From: Hydrolagus affinis | Lineage: Eukaryota | Length of the DNA stretch: 64,000 nucleotides | Reading direction: 5' to 3' | Assembly (NCBI GenBank): GCA_012026655.1 | Contig: JAAILG010000930.1 | Location: 1 to 64,000, forward strand | Shown here: positions 27,260 to 40,620 of the stretch, one piece after another | Position numbering within the stretch: the stretch's first letter is position 1 | How the letters are laid out: the number at the start of each line of letters is the position of its first letter | The notes under the pieces: generated by a model | Seen by the model: the letters and a program-made list of their open reading frames with translations, nothing else | Told to the model about the DNA's origin: nothing | Database searches by the model: none | Position numbers and translations under genes: made by a program

Positions 27260-28200
27260 CCACCTCCCTGTCTCTATCTCTATCTTTCTGCCTCCACCCC
27301 GATTCCAGGACAATTGACTGACTGCCTTCAGATATCAAGTCTTGGATGAGAGACAACTTTCTACAGCTGGACGTGTGCAAGACCGAGGCCCTCCTGATTG
27401 GATCGCTCCAGTGCCTCCGCTCTTCAAGCAGTGGTAGCATCAGCATCCACAGATGCACACTCCACCTCAACAAGCTAGTCAGGAACCTGCGCACCTTGTT
27501 CGACCCTCAACTGTCCTTTCTCCCCCATTTCTACGATATGACCAGCACTGCCTTCCACCACATCCACAACATTGCCCGACTCCACCACTGTGTCACCCCT
27601 CGGGTCGCCAAAATGCTCATACATGCATTTGTCACCTCAAGGCTTGATTACGGAAACTCCATTCTTGTCGGTCCCCCCAACTTGTCCTTCCACAAGTTGC
27701 AGATCATGTAAACCTCTGCAGCTCATGTCCTCTCCCACACCAGGCTCAGTGACTCAATCATCCTCACCCTTGTCCGCCTCCACTGATCCCCTAACCCTCA
27801 GAGGATAGAATTCAAGATCATCGTCCTCACTTTCAAGGAAGGCCCTCCATGGCCTTGCCCCCTACTACCTTTCTGACCTGCTATCCCCCTATCATACTGT
27901 TTATTCCCTCCATGTCTGCCACTCTTTGGAACTCTGGGCTGCTCCATGTCTGCCACTCTTTGGAACTCCATCCCACAATCCCTTTGCCTTACTCCCTCCT
28001 TCGAGGCCAGACTCAAGACCCCACTTTTTGACAGTGCCTTCAGTCACCATCCTACCTCTCTGCCCTCCCTCATCCCAATCCTGTCCCCCAACCCCCATGC
28101 TCGGGTCCTGACTATTGACTGTTCAGCACCTTGAGACATCCTCCCGACATGAAAGGCACTCTACAAATGTAATTTTGTTGTTGTTGTTGCTGTTGTTGTT
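27260..28200 (+). mobile_element. L2 LINE 3' ~940 bp (RT C-terminal region, disrupted) with (TTG)n tail
   Basis: MRDNFLQLDVCKTEALLIGS...VRNL..LFD..LSF..H...AF.HI.NIARL...LIHAFVTSRLDYGNS.L.G.P is a typical L2 ORF2 C-terminus; stops and frameshifts downstream. Confidence 0.92.
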
Positions 28201-28969
28201 CTGGTCCTCATCAGGAAAGCCCCCCCTGAACAATCCACTCGATTCTCTCAGAGCTGTCAACTGACTTATCAGCCTTTACTATTCTCGTATTAATGAGAGC
28301 ATCATGGATCACTGCTGAGGCTGAAATGTGCCTCTGTCCGTGCATCTTTCTCCCCACTGATCAATCGCTCAGCCTGATGCCTTTTCTTGGAAACCTGTTT
28401 GCGGTTGCTTCAATATCCATCTAAGGCTGCCCAACTTCCTTACCTAAATTTATACACAAGCTCCACGACTAAAGAAAGAGGTGGTGACATCTCATATTTC
28501 ACTCTCATTTCACTGGGAGGCTGCCAAGCTATTCCTGAGGGGCCACGTTATTGGATGTAACTCCTCCAATAAAAGAAGGAAGAAGAATCCCCAAGGCATT
28601 AGTCTGAGCTGGAACAAAGTACACAGTGTACGAGGACTAATCATAAAACACTCTGAGACTCAACTTTTCAAAAGCTGCTGCAACTCAAGAGGGAATTAAA
28701 CACCCTTCAAATTAACAGAACCAAAAAGTTGTTCCTATTTACAAAGAACTATTAGAAGCAGGGGGGAAAAGATCCAGTTAATATATTACCATCTACACAT
28801 GTATAGAAATTCCAACCTAACCAGCTCCATTAAGACTAAAGCTGGGCAGCTTTGCATAGATTATCAAAGGTTATCAATAACGTCCTCCAGCTTCTCCGCT
28901 TCTCTCAGCGCACATCCCAGCTCTTGAGATTCAAGTCTTGCTGCACTCCTTAAAGCATCTAACTCTATA

Positions 28970-29365
28970 CTAATAATCCTTACATTTATTGCAGTTTCAG
29001 TAACGTCGAAACATCTCAAAATGCTTTGCAGATATTTGCTGTCACGTGCAGTGGCTACGTATTTGTAGACAAACGCAACAGCCATTTTGTGTGTAGCACA
29101 ATAATAATAATAATAATCCTTGCATTTGATATAGCGCTTTTCACATCTTATCGATGTCCCAAATGCATCACAACCAGCGAATGACCATTTTATCTGGTCA
29201 AGACACCTGATCTTTAGCATCTCTCTGAATACGCAGAAAGCACACTGAGTTAAACTATCATTTGGTGAATGAACCACACTCCCAACAATGCAGCGTTCCC
29301 CCTGCTATACAAATGTAATGTTGTTGCATTGCACTCGAGTGAGTCTGGACTCAAATCCTGATCCA
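28970..29365 (-). mobile_element. Two tandem SINE fragments
   Basis: Two tail motifs (taataatccttacattt; (aat)n ccttgcatttgatatagcgc) plus a degenerate Deu-like body. Confidence 0.7.
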
Positions 29366-31479
29366 CAATAGTTCTATAGAAAATATAGATTTACACAACC
29401 TGCAGACTCAGAGATGTTACAAACTGAGATGATAATTGTAACACAAATACAAAATCCCTTCCTCCAGATACAACCTTTCTTGCTGGGACGTTTAAACAGC
29501 CAAGAATACTCTGTGAAAAATGATTTTATTGTCTTTGGTTGCTTTGAATGTCTTCTTTTATACATTATGAGAAGAGTAAATCCTGAACCACATCTTCCAG
29601 TGAGTGATTCCAGAGTAAAAAAATAGAAAAAATACTGTGTGGGTTACTGCTCTTGACTGCTAGCTGGAGAGTACTGCTGTTAGGTATATGATTGTAGACA
29701 TCAAATGAAGGTAGAATTACACTTAGCTGTGAATAATGTTCACTCTCTTGTCTCACATAAGAATAATGGTATTCATGGCTGGGTGTTGGAGGTCACCTGT
29801 GGAGACGAACTCCAGGAGAAGGAAAAGGAGTGAAATTCACCTCTTCAGGTGAGAGTGAGGGCAGAAAAGGGGTAGAGAAGGAAATGAGAACTCTGTTTTT
29901 TGTACTGGGGTATAAAAATATAGATGTACATCTCGATTATGCACAAACATCACATCAGATACAATGCCAACACATCAATTGTATTTCAATACAAAACTGA
30001 AATCCATGCACCCAAGTTGATATGTCTGTATATGTACTGATAATGCACCATCTGCTCGCATCAGAATAATAAGGAGGACTCTGTTCAGTGCCTACAGCAG
30101 CGGAGAGGCACTACACACAGAGTATAAACCAGCACATATACACACGCTGTGGGAAAGGTAGTTACTGCTCAGAAGCCCAGGTGTTAAGTATCGTGATTTA
30201 ACCCTAAATTAACACACACTCAAAATATTCAGAATTGACCTGCACAAAGTGCTTGGAATGAACCCCGGATTTGAGTGCTTAAATTAACCTTGTACCTACA
30301 TCCTGCTCAACCTTGCATACAAGAGATACCCTTGGACACACAGTGTCTGAAGCACCTCTGCATGCACAAACCAAGCTAAATTAAGCCTGGACAGAAAAAT
30401 GTACACTTGAATAGTCCTTCTACACATTAAAGTAGGTTATGTTAACCCTGCGCGGGTTTGCAGAATTCACTCTGCACGTATACCTGTCTGAGGAATTCTC
30501 TATGAATGAGAAAATATGAAATCCTATATGCTTTTAATTGAACAACTTTTGGTTAGTTTTTGTTTCTCCACGAGCTGATGGTTTAAACCGTGATGAAAAT
30601 ATTTATTTTATTTTGAATAATTTGACAGCTAGGCATTGCTTAGGGACTTTAAAATGTTTCATTTACGCAGGCTAGCTTCACATAGATAGGTAGAAGTATA
30701 CTTATTATTCGCAATGAAGAAAATGGGTTTGGGATAAGAAAACCAAATGAATTAAAAATATATAACTGGCCCTAAAGCTAACCATTTACACAGGATTCCA
30801 TCAAAATAATGGCACTTTTTCTCCAGAATATTTAAATAAATTCTTTTAAGTTTTTATGAAACAAATCCTCAATTTACATCTAGGGCAGCCTTTTCTGTGA
30901 GGTATCTAACAGGATCTAATAAGATTTATTAATAGATGTGTGATAGTGCCCCAGGTCTCTGCTGCTCCTACTCTGATAATGACTGGCAAGATAATGGTCA
31001 GCAAAGCTGAGACACGCCAGGTAGTTCAATTCATTGAACACTAAGTTTTGGGGGTCGAACAATACATGTTCAAATCCAGGTGGGTCCTATCACCTTTTGA
31101 TGTTTCAACGAATGACTACCATGTCTGAAAGTATTCTCTGGGGCTGTGCTGACTCAAAACAAGTCATCCCTCGTAAAGCCTGAGTAGGTCTGCAGTATAA
31201 TCCAAAGCTTGATGACCTTATGAATGCAAATTGATGGTGTGAATTATGTCAACCCCATGAACCAAACCTCTATTGGATAGAATGTTCTGCTTAACCTTGC
31301 TGAGTGATACTCGAGTACAGCTCCAATGATGGGAGCTTTCTGGTGCAGTGCATCCGGCTTCTATTTAGTGCTTTCCCACAATACATGGGAACTCAGCAAT
31401 GCACACGACAAATGTCGTACCACATATCTCACATATGCACTTTGGGGCAAAACCATAGTAAAATATATAATAATGAATC

Positions 31480-31900
31480 ATAATAATTCCTGCATTTTAT
31501 GCAGTCTTTTATGTCAAAGCATTTCACACAATTAATTGTAAAGTGAAGTTTAATTTGACTGTTTAATTTTGTAGGCGAACGCAGCACACCCTTTGAGTCA
31601 CAAGATGCTATAAAGCAAATGACTATTTTATCAGGGGGATTGTTGGCCAAAAAACCAGGAGAAACTCCCTTCTCTTTTTGAATAGTGCCACGGGTTCTTT
31701 AGCATCCACCCAAACAAGCAGGTGGGATTCTCAGTTTAACGTCTCATCCAAAGGACAACACTTTGGACTAGTCAGTATCTTAAGCACTACATTTCGACTG
31801 TCAGTCAAGACTTTATTAAGTCAAAGTCTTAGGAAGGGGCTTCAACCTAAAACATTTCTGACTTGGAGGCAAGAGTGGTAACTTCTAAACCAGGTTGACA
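31480..31900 (-). mobile_element. Deu-type SINE
   Basis: tttgaatagtgccacgggttctttagcatccacc...gtttaacgtctcatccaaagga...ttctgacttggaggcaagagtg. Confidence 0.8.
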
Positions 31901-34900
31901 CCTAGCCATTGTATTCTGTGCACTTGTCCTATGCTCCCATACAGCACAGTATATGGTGAAACATTTTGTCTCAATCACAAAATGTAAAAGTGTGAATTCC
32001 ACTGTCACAACATCAGACATTGGCATAAATTTTAACGCTTTATTTCCAAGATATTTAAAGCTAGAATACTTTTGACCTGTTCAAGAGGACAATCTCTCAA
32101 ATTGGGTCATTGAAACTAATTGAAATTTTAAAAACAGAACAGTGATTAATACAGAAAGATTTTGTGTTGGTGGAAGTTTCTGGGTATTCTTGTCCTTTCC
32201 TGAGTGATAGGGAATATGTTGTTGCCAAAACCGTGTTCAATAGGAAGTTTCTGCATTCATTAGACTGATCATTAAGTGATAAACTACATAGCAGTGGGTC
32301 AGAATGACCACCCGCTGACTGATGAATGGGGAGCTGCTCAGTTGATATGTTTGGTGATTTTTCTATTAAAGGTTATTCTAAGCTCACTGTCTATATAATC
32401 TATGTTTCATTGCTCATCTAACACGACTAAGTATCAGAGAAAATTAAGTTGGCATATGTAGAAATCAGGAATTATTATTTAACCTTTCTTGCTTATTAAA
32501 TTAACATTTGCTGTAGTTCTGTTTTCCATAAAATCACACTTAATTTTTTATGTTGTATTGTGTAATATATTCAAGGGTTACTATTTGCCATCAAGAATAA
32601 AATACAACAACCAGGGTAATGTACATTGTGAGCAGTCGCTGTAACACTCTGGTTACAAGTACAGTTGATGCATAGATTGAACCCTTAGTATGGGTTCAAT
32701 AGCATGGTGACAGTTCACTTGTACCTGGGATTAGCTCTACTTGGATCTAAAATGTTGAGTCCAATTTGATGCTTTGTTCCTTTGAAGGTTTTACTACATA
32801 TCATTGTCCCTGTTCTTAGTGCCATTCATGCACTGGTTGCCCATATATCTACTTTCTATACTTGTTTACACAGCTCTCTGAATAGACCCTATAATGCCTT
32901 TGCAACACTACGTGAAGTGTGCTGGTTACTTGTTTTTCCGTTAGCTTTAAAACACAACAACAAATTACATTTATAGAGCGCCTTTCACATTGGGAAGATG
33001 TCCCAAGGTGCTGAAATACAGACTATCCTCCTTTATTAATTGAATACAATAACACAGTCAGGAATTAATATGATGGGCCTAGACAGCAGGTGAATGTCAC
33101 TGTTCTCAGTCAGAGGCGAGATTGAAACAGAACGTTTACAAATGAACCAGTCTGTTGACTAACTCACTGCTTCTAAATACCATTGTGGTCACTGAGAGAA
33201 CACAGTCAGTCAGGATCTTAAGTGCTGTGTTTATACCGCAGCCCTTTAATTGACCCGAGTCCTCAACTAGGAGATATTGTAATGTATATCTCAATAAAAC
33301 CCCTTTCAAGGAAAGTCTTCACCCATCCATGAAACAGCAACATCCAAGATAGCAGCAGGCAAAGGTCCAGCAATTAAGTTTTGACCACAAAGAACAGGGA
33401 AGGCATGTAGGCAGAAAGTGATGCCAGTGTTTTGGAAACTATGTAAGTCCAGTCTAGAAGAGTTATGTCAGTACAACCACTGGCATTTCAGATTCCTTCC
33501 TACGTTGTAAGGTAGTTGAGACCAGGACACTGGACACTTTACAAATGGATCAAAACATCTTCTTCATTTGAACTTCTCTTGTGATCTTGTGAGAATAGAG
33601 CACATTCCACAGCACAGGCAGGACACGCAGAGTGTTAAAGAGGCTTTATTTAAACCGCGCTGAAGTGCCATGCAATATAAATGTGCCAAATGAGGTGCTG
33701 CCTTTGTTAGTGGGAAGGGAGAGTGGCTGATAAAGCCGTCTATTATTACCAGCACAAAAAACTCACATATAAGTGGCACAATAGCATTTCTGTGCATTTC
33801 GATACAGCGCATTCTAACCTGTCACAGTGTTTGGCAAATGCCAAATAAATTGTTAAACACTTGCGCTTTAACATGAAATCACTTAGATTCTTTAATGGTG
33901 GCTTAAGCAACTAAGTGTGAGAGAGAGAGTTCTTGTGCATTCTCAACCACTGCTGCACAAAGCAACTCTGGAAGTGCAAACTGTCCATAGAGCCTGTTAA
34001 CCTTGAATCATTTGAAGCCAGTTCTGTAGGTATAGTATAGTTGGGTATAGTTGGGGGTGGTGGGGGGGAAAATGGCAACAGAGTAAATAATTTTGCAACC
34101 TAAGAAAATTTAACAAATTATTAACATCTCTTCTGGAATTTAAATATTCATAATTTTTACATGCATTATGCATGAGCACAAAACTGGACTAGGCAGGTTT
34201 GGTGGCTTTCTTAATAGAATCCCAAAATACAGCGGCAGCTCAAGTGATTGGCAACGTAACGCACTTTCAAACCCTTTGCATCCGAAAATCTGATCATCAT
34301 CACCCTCAGGAGTGAAATGAGGAAAGCGTAAACACAGAATAATACTTTCCACTGCACTCAGAGAGGACACAAGTTCAGAGTTCCTTGGAGCAAGTTTAGA
34401 CTCCGATGTAAAGAGTAATCACTGAAATAGGTTAATAGGAAGGGGGTAAATGCCAGGATCCTGCACTCATTCTCACTTAATTCTCACTCATTTAAAAACA
34501 ACATAATGCTATGAGTAGAAAAGCCACAGGGTTGGCATTTTAGAGGATGAAATGTGCCAAAAGATGGGGAGAAATACTGTAATTTATTACTTTATTTCAA
34601 AGTAATAATCTTTCAAAGTTCTTTCTGCAAAAAAAGTTCTCTCCGCTTTTGTAGATGCACCTGGTTAATTTGAAATCCAGCCTATTGAAGTCACAAAATA
34701 ATATAAATGTAAATTTGTATTGAATTCTAACAGAGAGGGTATATTTTAACAAACGTCTTTTTTATTGGAACACCGATCTTCTGTCAGTTCAGTGCCGTAT
34801 CCTCATTCAATAAAAAAAATGCTATTGAATCCCAGATCAATGTAAAATCAGTTATTTTAACCCACTGGCAAATAAACACACCCTTCTTTATTTGCTATCT

Positions 34901-36339
34901 ATGATTTGATACATTTGCATGGCATTTTACTGGAGTGAATGCTGGTGATATTATTATGCAGGCAAGCGGTTCATTCTGATACGATCTAGGTAATTGTAGT
35001 GATAAAATGCAAAGCAAATCCTGATGGTGGTACTCATGGTTCAGGCTCCACCTTGACAGTGCAGGTTCATCTACCAGCAGATTGAGATTTGTTATAGACT
35101 TGCCAATATTTCTTGTCCTCAGGCTGCCAAGTCAGAACTGTCAGTCATTTTGCTGGTCACACTTCCTCCTACTCCCACCCATTAACAGCTAGTTGAGAAG
35201 CAACACTGTACACTAATTTATATACTTATACAGTAAATAGCACTGCACTTGTTAATTCAGCCTTTGCTAATTTCAACCAATGTGGTGATCTGACATATTC
35301 CATAAAGATGTATGTACAAAGCTGCATAATATAAAATTCTAACAACTGCTAAAAACAGCTTTGTATTAAAAAAACACATTTATGAAGAATCCCTGCTACG
35401 TACAGTAGTATCTCATGGAGAGACACTCAATGGGTTTATTCTGCTCCCAGTGAGAAGCCACTGCCCTCTGCTGCTGTGCATATGTTGATGTTTGCCAGTG
35501 GGTTGGCATTGCTGTAGAGGTGACCAGAGAAATCAAAGGAGGTTATGCACGAACCTCCAGCAACAGAGTAATGCTACCTTGCTTACATTCCAACTTTGCC
35601 ACCAGCAATGTATATGCAGCACACGTGGTCTATCTTTGGTTAAACAGCACAATTACACTCTCTCACTAACATCACTTTAGTTTATAACCAGCTGCGGGAC
35701 CCATAACCCATAATCGTGAGCAAACACTGAACCCATATAGCAAAAGCTCTAATCCAACATCAATGGTTCAGGTAGGATCTGTAAATTGGACAAAAAGAAA
35801 ACACTCTTACAGTTCACAACCTCATTCTTGATGGGATTACAGCAAATTACATCCTTTCATAATTCTGGGGACTCTGTGCACAAAGTCATGAATTCTATAT
35901 CCAGAGTGGAAGCAGACCCTGTTTGTTTGAATCATTTAGTTCAATGGATTAAATCTTGCTCAGTAACTAATTGATCATGATCTGAATTGTTACTCGCTGT
36001 AAAGTTACAACTTGCCTACATTATTACACCATGGTCCCTCGCATTTAAAATTAGATTTTCTGTGAAAATACAATTATTTTAAAAGGCATTTTTGATACTG
36101 TGGTTATCTTGTTCTGATTGCTGGAAGCAGCAATCTTTTCCCTACCTTTTTATACCGTTATTAAGATGTCATGAAAAGACTGCTTTTTTGCCATCAGTGT
36201 AAGATAAATTAGCTGCTGAACTGATTGTTTTCAGTCATTGAACAATAAAAGCAAACACGTTACAGCGATTCCTCTCTGCACCTACCCACCTCCCTTGGGG
36301 CTTCTCTGAGTGAAATTGCCAATGTAATAAAATAATCCT

Positions 36340-36695
36340 TACATATGGGTTCAAGTCCTACATCAGTACTTCAAGTTCATAGTCTAGGCTGACTCTCCAA
36401 TGTGGTGCTGGGCCAAGTTGCATTATTGGAGGTACCATCCTACAGCTGAGATGTTAAACAGAGCGCCTGCCTATCTGTTCAGGTGGATGTTACAGATCTC
36501 ACACTATTTGAAAACTGAAAGGAATTTCTGGTCAACAATTTCCCAAATAAAATTGATCACATGGCTATTTGTGGGACGCTGTTTGCATATTGACCTCCGA
36601 GTTCAACTACAAAATACAGTCACTCCACATTACATTAATTTCTGTGAAGGGCTTTGAGATGTCTTGAGGGTGTTACATATCAAATGCAAGGATTG
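36340..36695 (+). mobile_element. Deu-type SINE
   Basis: gggttcaagtcc...tctaggctgac...gagatgttaaac...ctgttcaggtggatgttacagatctc...tatcaaatgcaaggatt. Confidence 0.8.
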
Positions 36696-39600
36696 TGTAT
36701 AGCACCTTGAAGCCTTATAGCTCCCTACAGGTCTCTGTAAAATGTATACAGACAATTTACACACAGCAATATTGTACATGCAGCCAGGAGGTAAATTACT
36801 TTACAGATGGAGTCTTGGTTTAATGTTTAATTCAAAGAAATACACATGCGACGATGCTTTAACATCAGTACAGTATATTGGAGTTTTAGTCGAACTATGA
36901 GCAAATATCCCCAAACATGAGCTCACAACTTTGATTCAGAGGCAAAAGTGCTACTGACCAAATATACTGCTAGTTAATCCCAAATGGAGGACATTTTTAT
37001 GTTCTGCGGCCATGCCCACTAAGATCTGAATGAACATAGCCCATATAGATTTTGTACAGAATCCTTAAAGCCAGCACGCAGAGAAGACTTTCATCTCATC
37101 AATCTTGATTGGATTCAAGCCCAGGTTCCAGAAATGAAACGCATTAAAAAAATTCCCTATACCATCCAAATCACTAAAAAGAATTTGATAATACAGTATG
37201 TGTAGATTTGTTTTCTAGAATTGGACTTGTCTTTTCATATGTGGCTTTTTTTATATTGAAAGTGTACCTTGAGTAAAAGAAAACTAGCTTATGAAATAAA
37301 AACCTAATACCACTTAATGTCAAATTTATAGCAGTAAACATTTTGGTGGTTTGGCTGGTGGTGCATTTTTTTGTCCCGTAAAACACAACCAGCGGCATAT
37401 TAATCCTAGAGAGCAGAGGATAATGATTACAGCCAGTTGTAGTGGCAGCCCTGGTTCATCTCTTTTCCTACAGGACAGCAGCATAGACTATTCATGGAAA
37501 GTATTCCCTTCATTCAAACAGGACAAGGGGAAATTTGGTTTAAGTCGCTCATCAAAGAACCGTAAGATCCATTTGGATTCAGCTCATGGGATGAGAAGTT
37601 TCTGGCTTAAAGAGGGGTTCTTGCTGTACAAGGCTGTAACACATATGGCTGCTGGGACTATGGATTTACCATTTTTGCACTTAATCCAAGTGATGAAGTC
37701 CAATTTGCTTTTCTGACTGTAGGCCTTCCTTGGCACGTGGTTTCTGTCATCAGAGGCCATCAAACCCAAGTAGTGGCCAACTCCACAGAAATATTTACTT
37801 GGCACCAGGTGCCAGCACAACACCAAGGCTCCAGGGACAGGATGCTGTGGTAACCAGTGTCTCTGAACTCAACTTGCACAACCTTCTTCATATGATAGTG
37901 CTACCACCAAAGGCAGGGTTGATGGCAGCACAGCAATGCTATTTGATATATAAGACATTTTGGTCCAACTAGCCATCTAGAGGAATCAAGCACACTTTCT
38001 TTGATTAAAAGATCAGAAGTAATCTACTGTTCATGTGGGTGAGGAGATACTTTCACTTCTTTTCAGATCCTGAGTTGCAAACCAGGCGAGAAAGGAGTTG
38101 CTTAAAATGTACTCTCACACATTCTCAACCCTGTGTTTTTTTTTTAGGGCCACAATCTTCTGTCTGAACGTTCGTAGATGTGCAGTAACAACAACAACAA
38201 TAAAATTACACTTGTATTAACTGTGTAAAACTCTAGCAATTGCACACTCTGAACTTCCAATGGTTGGAGTTTCAAGAAAGAACAAAAATAGCAACAGGCA
38301 AAGCAAACAAAGGTTGTTCTGAGGTTAGAGGATTATGTCAGTGCAGGGCAGCTGAAATGGGCACCTTATGTTACTATAATCCAGAATTCTCTCTAGCTAG
38401 TACTCTTTGGGACGTCCTCCCGACGTGAAAGGCGCTATACAAATGTCATTTTGTTGTTGTTAGTTTGTTGGTATTTTGGTGGGTTTCACCCTCCACTGGG
38501 AAAGCGGCAGACATAGCAACCCACCTCAAGGTTGACACCTCAAAGTTGAGGCTGACCTGTTGTGCGGTACTCTAGTTCCTTATTTCACAGCATCAACAGT
38601 GTCAGAGCTGTGGAGGAGTCCGTAAGCCATCTGGGAAGTTGAAAGGAGAATCCATGGAAGCCAGTTACTATGGAAACGGTGGAGACAGATCGAGGAGAAT
38701 ATGGGGTAGGGGGTGGGGATCTAAATTAACTACGTGAGGAATAAAACAGAACAATGACGGGTTAATTAAAATTTTAAGCAAAGTTTGTCTTTGAAACTTC
38801 ATGTATAACACTATTTTACAATAGAAATTTATGCTGCACACAGTCTGTATGTAAATTCCAATGCTAGGAAGTTACTTTGACACAGAAGAAAACTAAATGA
38901 ATTCCCGATGCACTACCTGTGATGGTAAATGTTAGCATGCCTGCTGCATCTAATTTCATATCACATTGCTCTATGAAAAATAGTTTGCTATTTTGGAACC
39001 CCCTGGCAGCCATACTGATTCACTGAGGACCCAGAGCTCATTTATCTTCTGTCATGACTGAAGCCAAACCAACGCTATTTTACAAAACAGCTGAAGAATG
39101 AGAGGAACACGACTGTGTAAAAATAAACTGAGTAAAAGGTACTACAAAGACGAGTGGCTCTTCACAGGTAATAAAGGATTTTCAAAGAGCAGTCCGCGAG
39201 TTAGAGCCCAGTTCTCTCTGCTTTGGTTCTGTAATTGGAAGCAGATGGATGAATTCTGTGTGAGCACCTGTCACTAAGAGGACTCTCCCCTTACCGCTTC
39301 TAGAAAGAGGAAGATTAAGATAAACTGATGCCTTTGAGCGCAATCATCCTCAAAGAGATCTGAAATGGTCAGATGAAGGTTTGATAATGTTTCAGAGTAA
39401 ATGAGGCAACTGGAGGCTGTGGTCTATCGACAGGTCAGCTCTTGCCACTGATGGCAATGACCTGTCTTTGAAACGAGTCACATGCATGGTTCTGAACATT
39501 AGATTATTATACATTACATAATATTCCATGTGTTTAATATATCACCAAAAATGTCCAAATGTCTCAAAGTGCTTCACAGTAAATTGCTGTCAAGTGTAGT

Positions 39601-40284
39601 GACTGCAATTTATTGTTCTCCAATTTGCGTACATCAAGTTGCCACAAGCATTATCACATTCACTGACTGCACTTATATTTTCTAATGGGCAATACACGCT
39701 TGCTGATGTCAGCGTGCAATTAGCTTGGTGATGTCACCTTCATTGTGGCAACTCTGAACTAAACAGCGGCTACATTGAGAGTGGCAGCGCTGGTTACTGG
39801 GCCTATTCATCTTGGTGCCAGTTTGCTTCCTGTGGAGGCATGAGTGGCGGCATTGGAGGAGGCACTGTGACCTCCAGAGGCACCAAGGCACTGCGTACCA
39901 TGTCCTGAAGTCATTTTTATTTGTCGGGTTGGGCGTCTGATGCACGCGGAAAACAATCACCGTGCTTAAGAGATCCAAACCAAACTACTGAGAGTTCCAC
40001 ATATGTTCCGATTTCATCTGTAATTAATCCTCTGACACCAACGTCAGAACATCGAGGTAAGCAGTGATGCCTGTTGCTGCTAACTGTTCTATCCACCATG
40101 TTTTACTGGAGCAATCTCAGCTTCTCCACAGGCCAACTAATGCTTCTTTTTGCAATTTTACATCACCATTGGAAGTTTCCCAGAGATCAGGGAAGGTCTG
40201 TGTCTGCAATTGCAACTTTGGCTGGAGTTCAGATGCCCATTATTTCCATGTTACTGCTATAATTTGGATTATGGATTAAATATG

Positions 40285-40620
40285 AATTTGCATAGCACCT
40301 TATCATATAAAAAATCTCAAAGCAGCGACAGATTTTGAGAGCAAATACAGCATCCATTTGTACCATCTGGCGCCAATGAAATGGGTATGAGATGAATGAC
40401 TAATTAATCTGTGGGGGCCTTGTTGGCCAGGGAAAATCCCCTCTCTTTCTCAATATTGTCAGTAGATCTTTAACATAAGTAGAGAAATGGGTTAAAGGTT
40501 TGTGCAACGTTCCTCCCAGTAGTGCACTTGGATGTATACCTAGATTATGTGCTCAGATCGCAGAATGCGAGCTCAGCCTTGACAATGAACTCTCATCTTT
40601 CTGGCTCAGAGGTGCAAACT
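40285..40620 (-). mobile_element. Degenerate Deu-type SINE
   Basis: ttgcatagcaccttatcat...ttgttggccaggga...agatctttaaca...cctagattatgtgctcag...ttctggctcagagg. Confidence 0.55.

Noticed and set aside
27346-27711. 121-aa ORF as a host gene
   Set aside because: Disrupted L2 ORF2 fragment
27908-27968. Direct repeat ctccatgtctgccactctttggaactc x2 (CRISPR-like spacing)
   Set aside because: Local duplication inside an L2 element in a eukaryote; only two units
28864-29277. 137-aa ORF with helical-looking C-terminus
   Set aside because: Mostly translated SINE sequence; no homology recognised
32676-32700. 9-bp-arm palindrome attgaaccc-N7-gggttcaat
   Set aside because: Too short for a miRNA or MITE; compatible with chance
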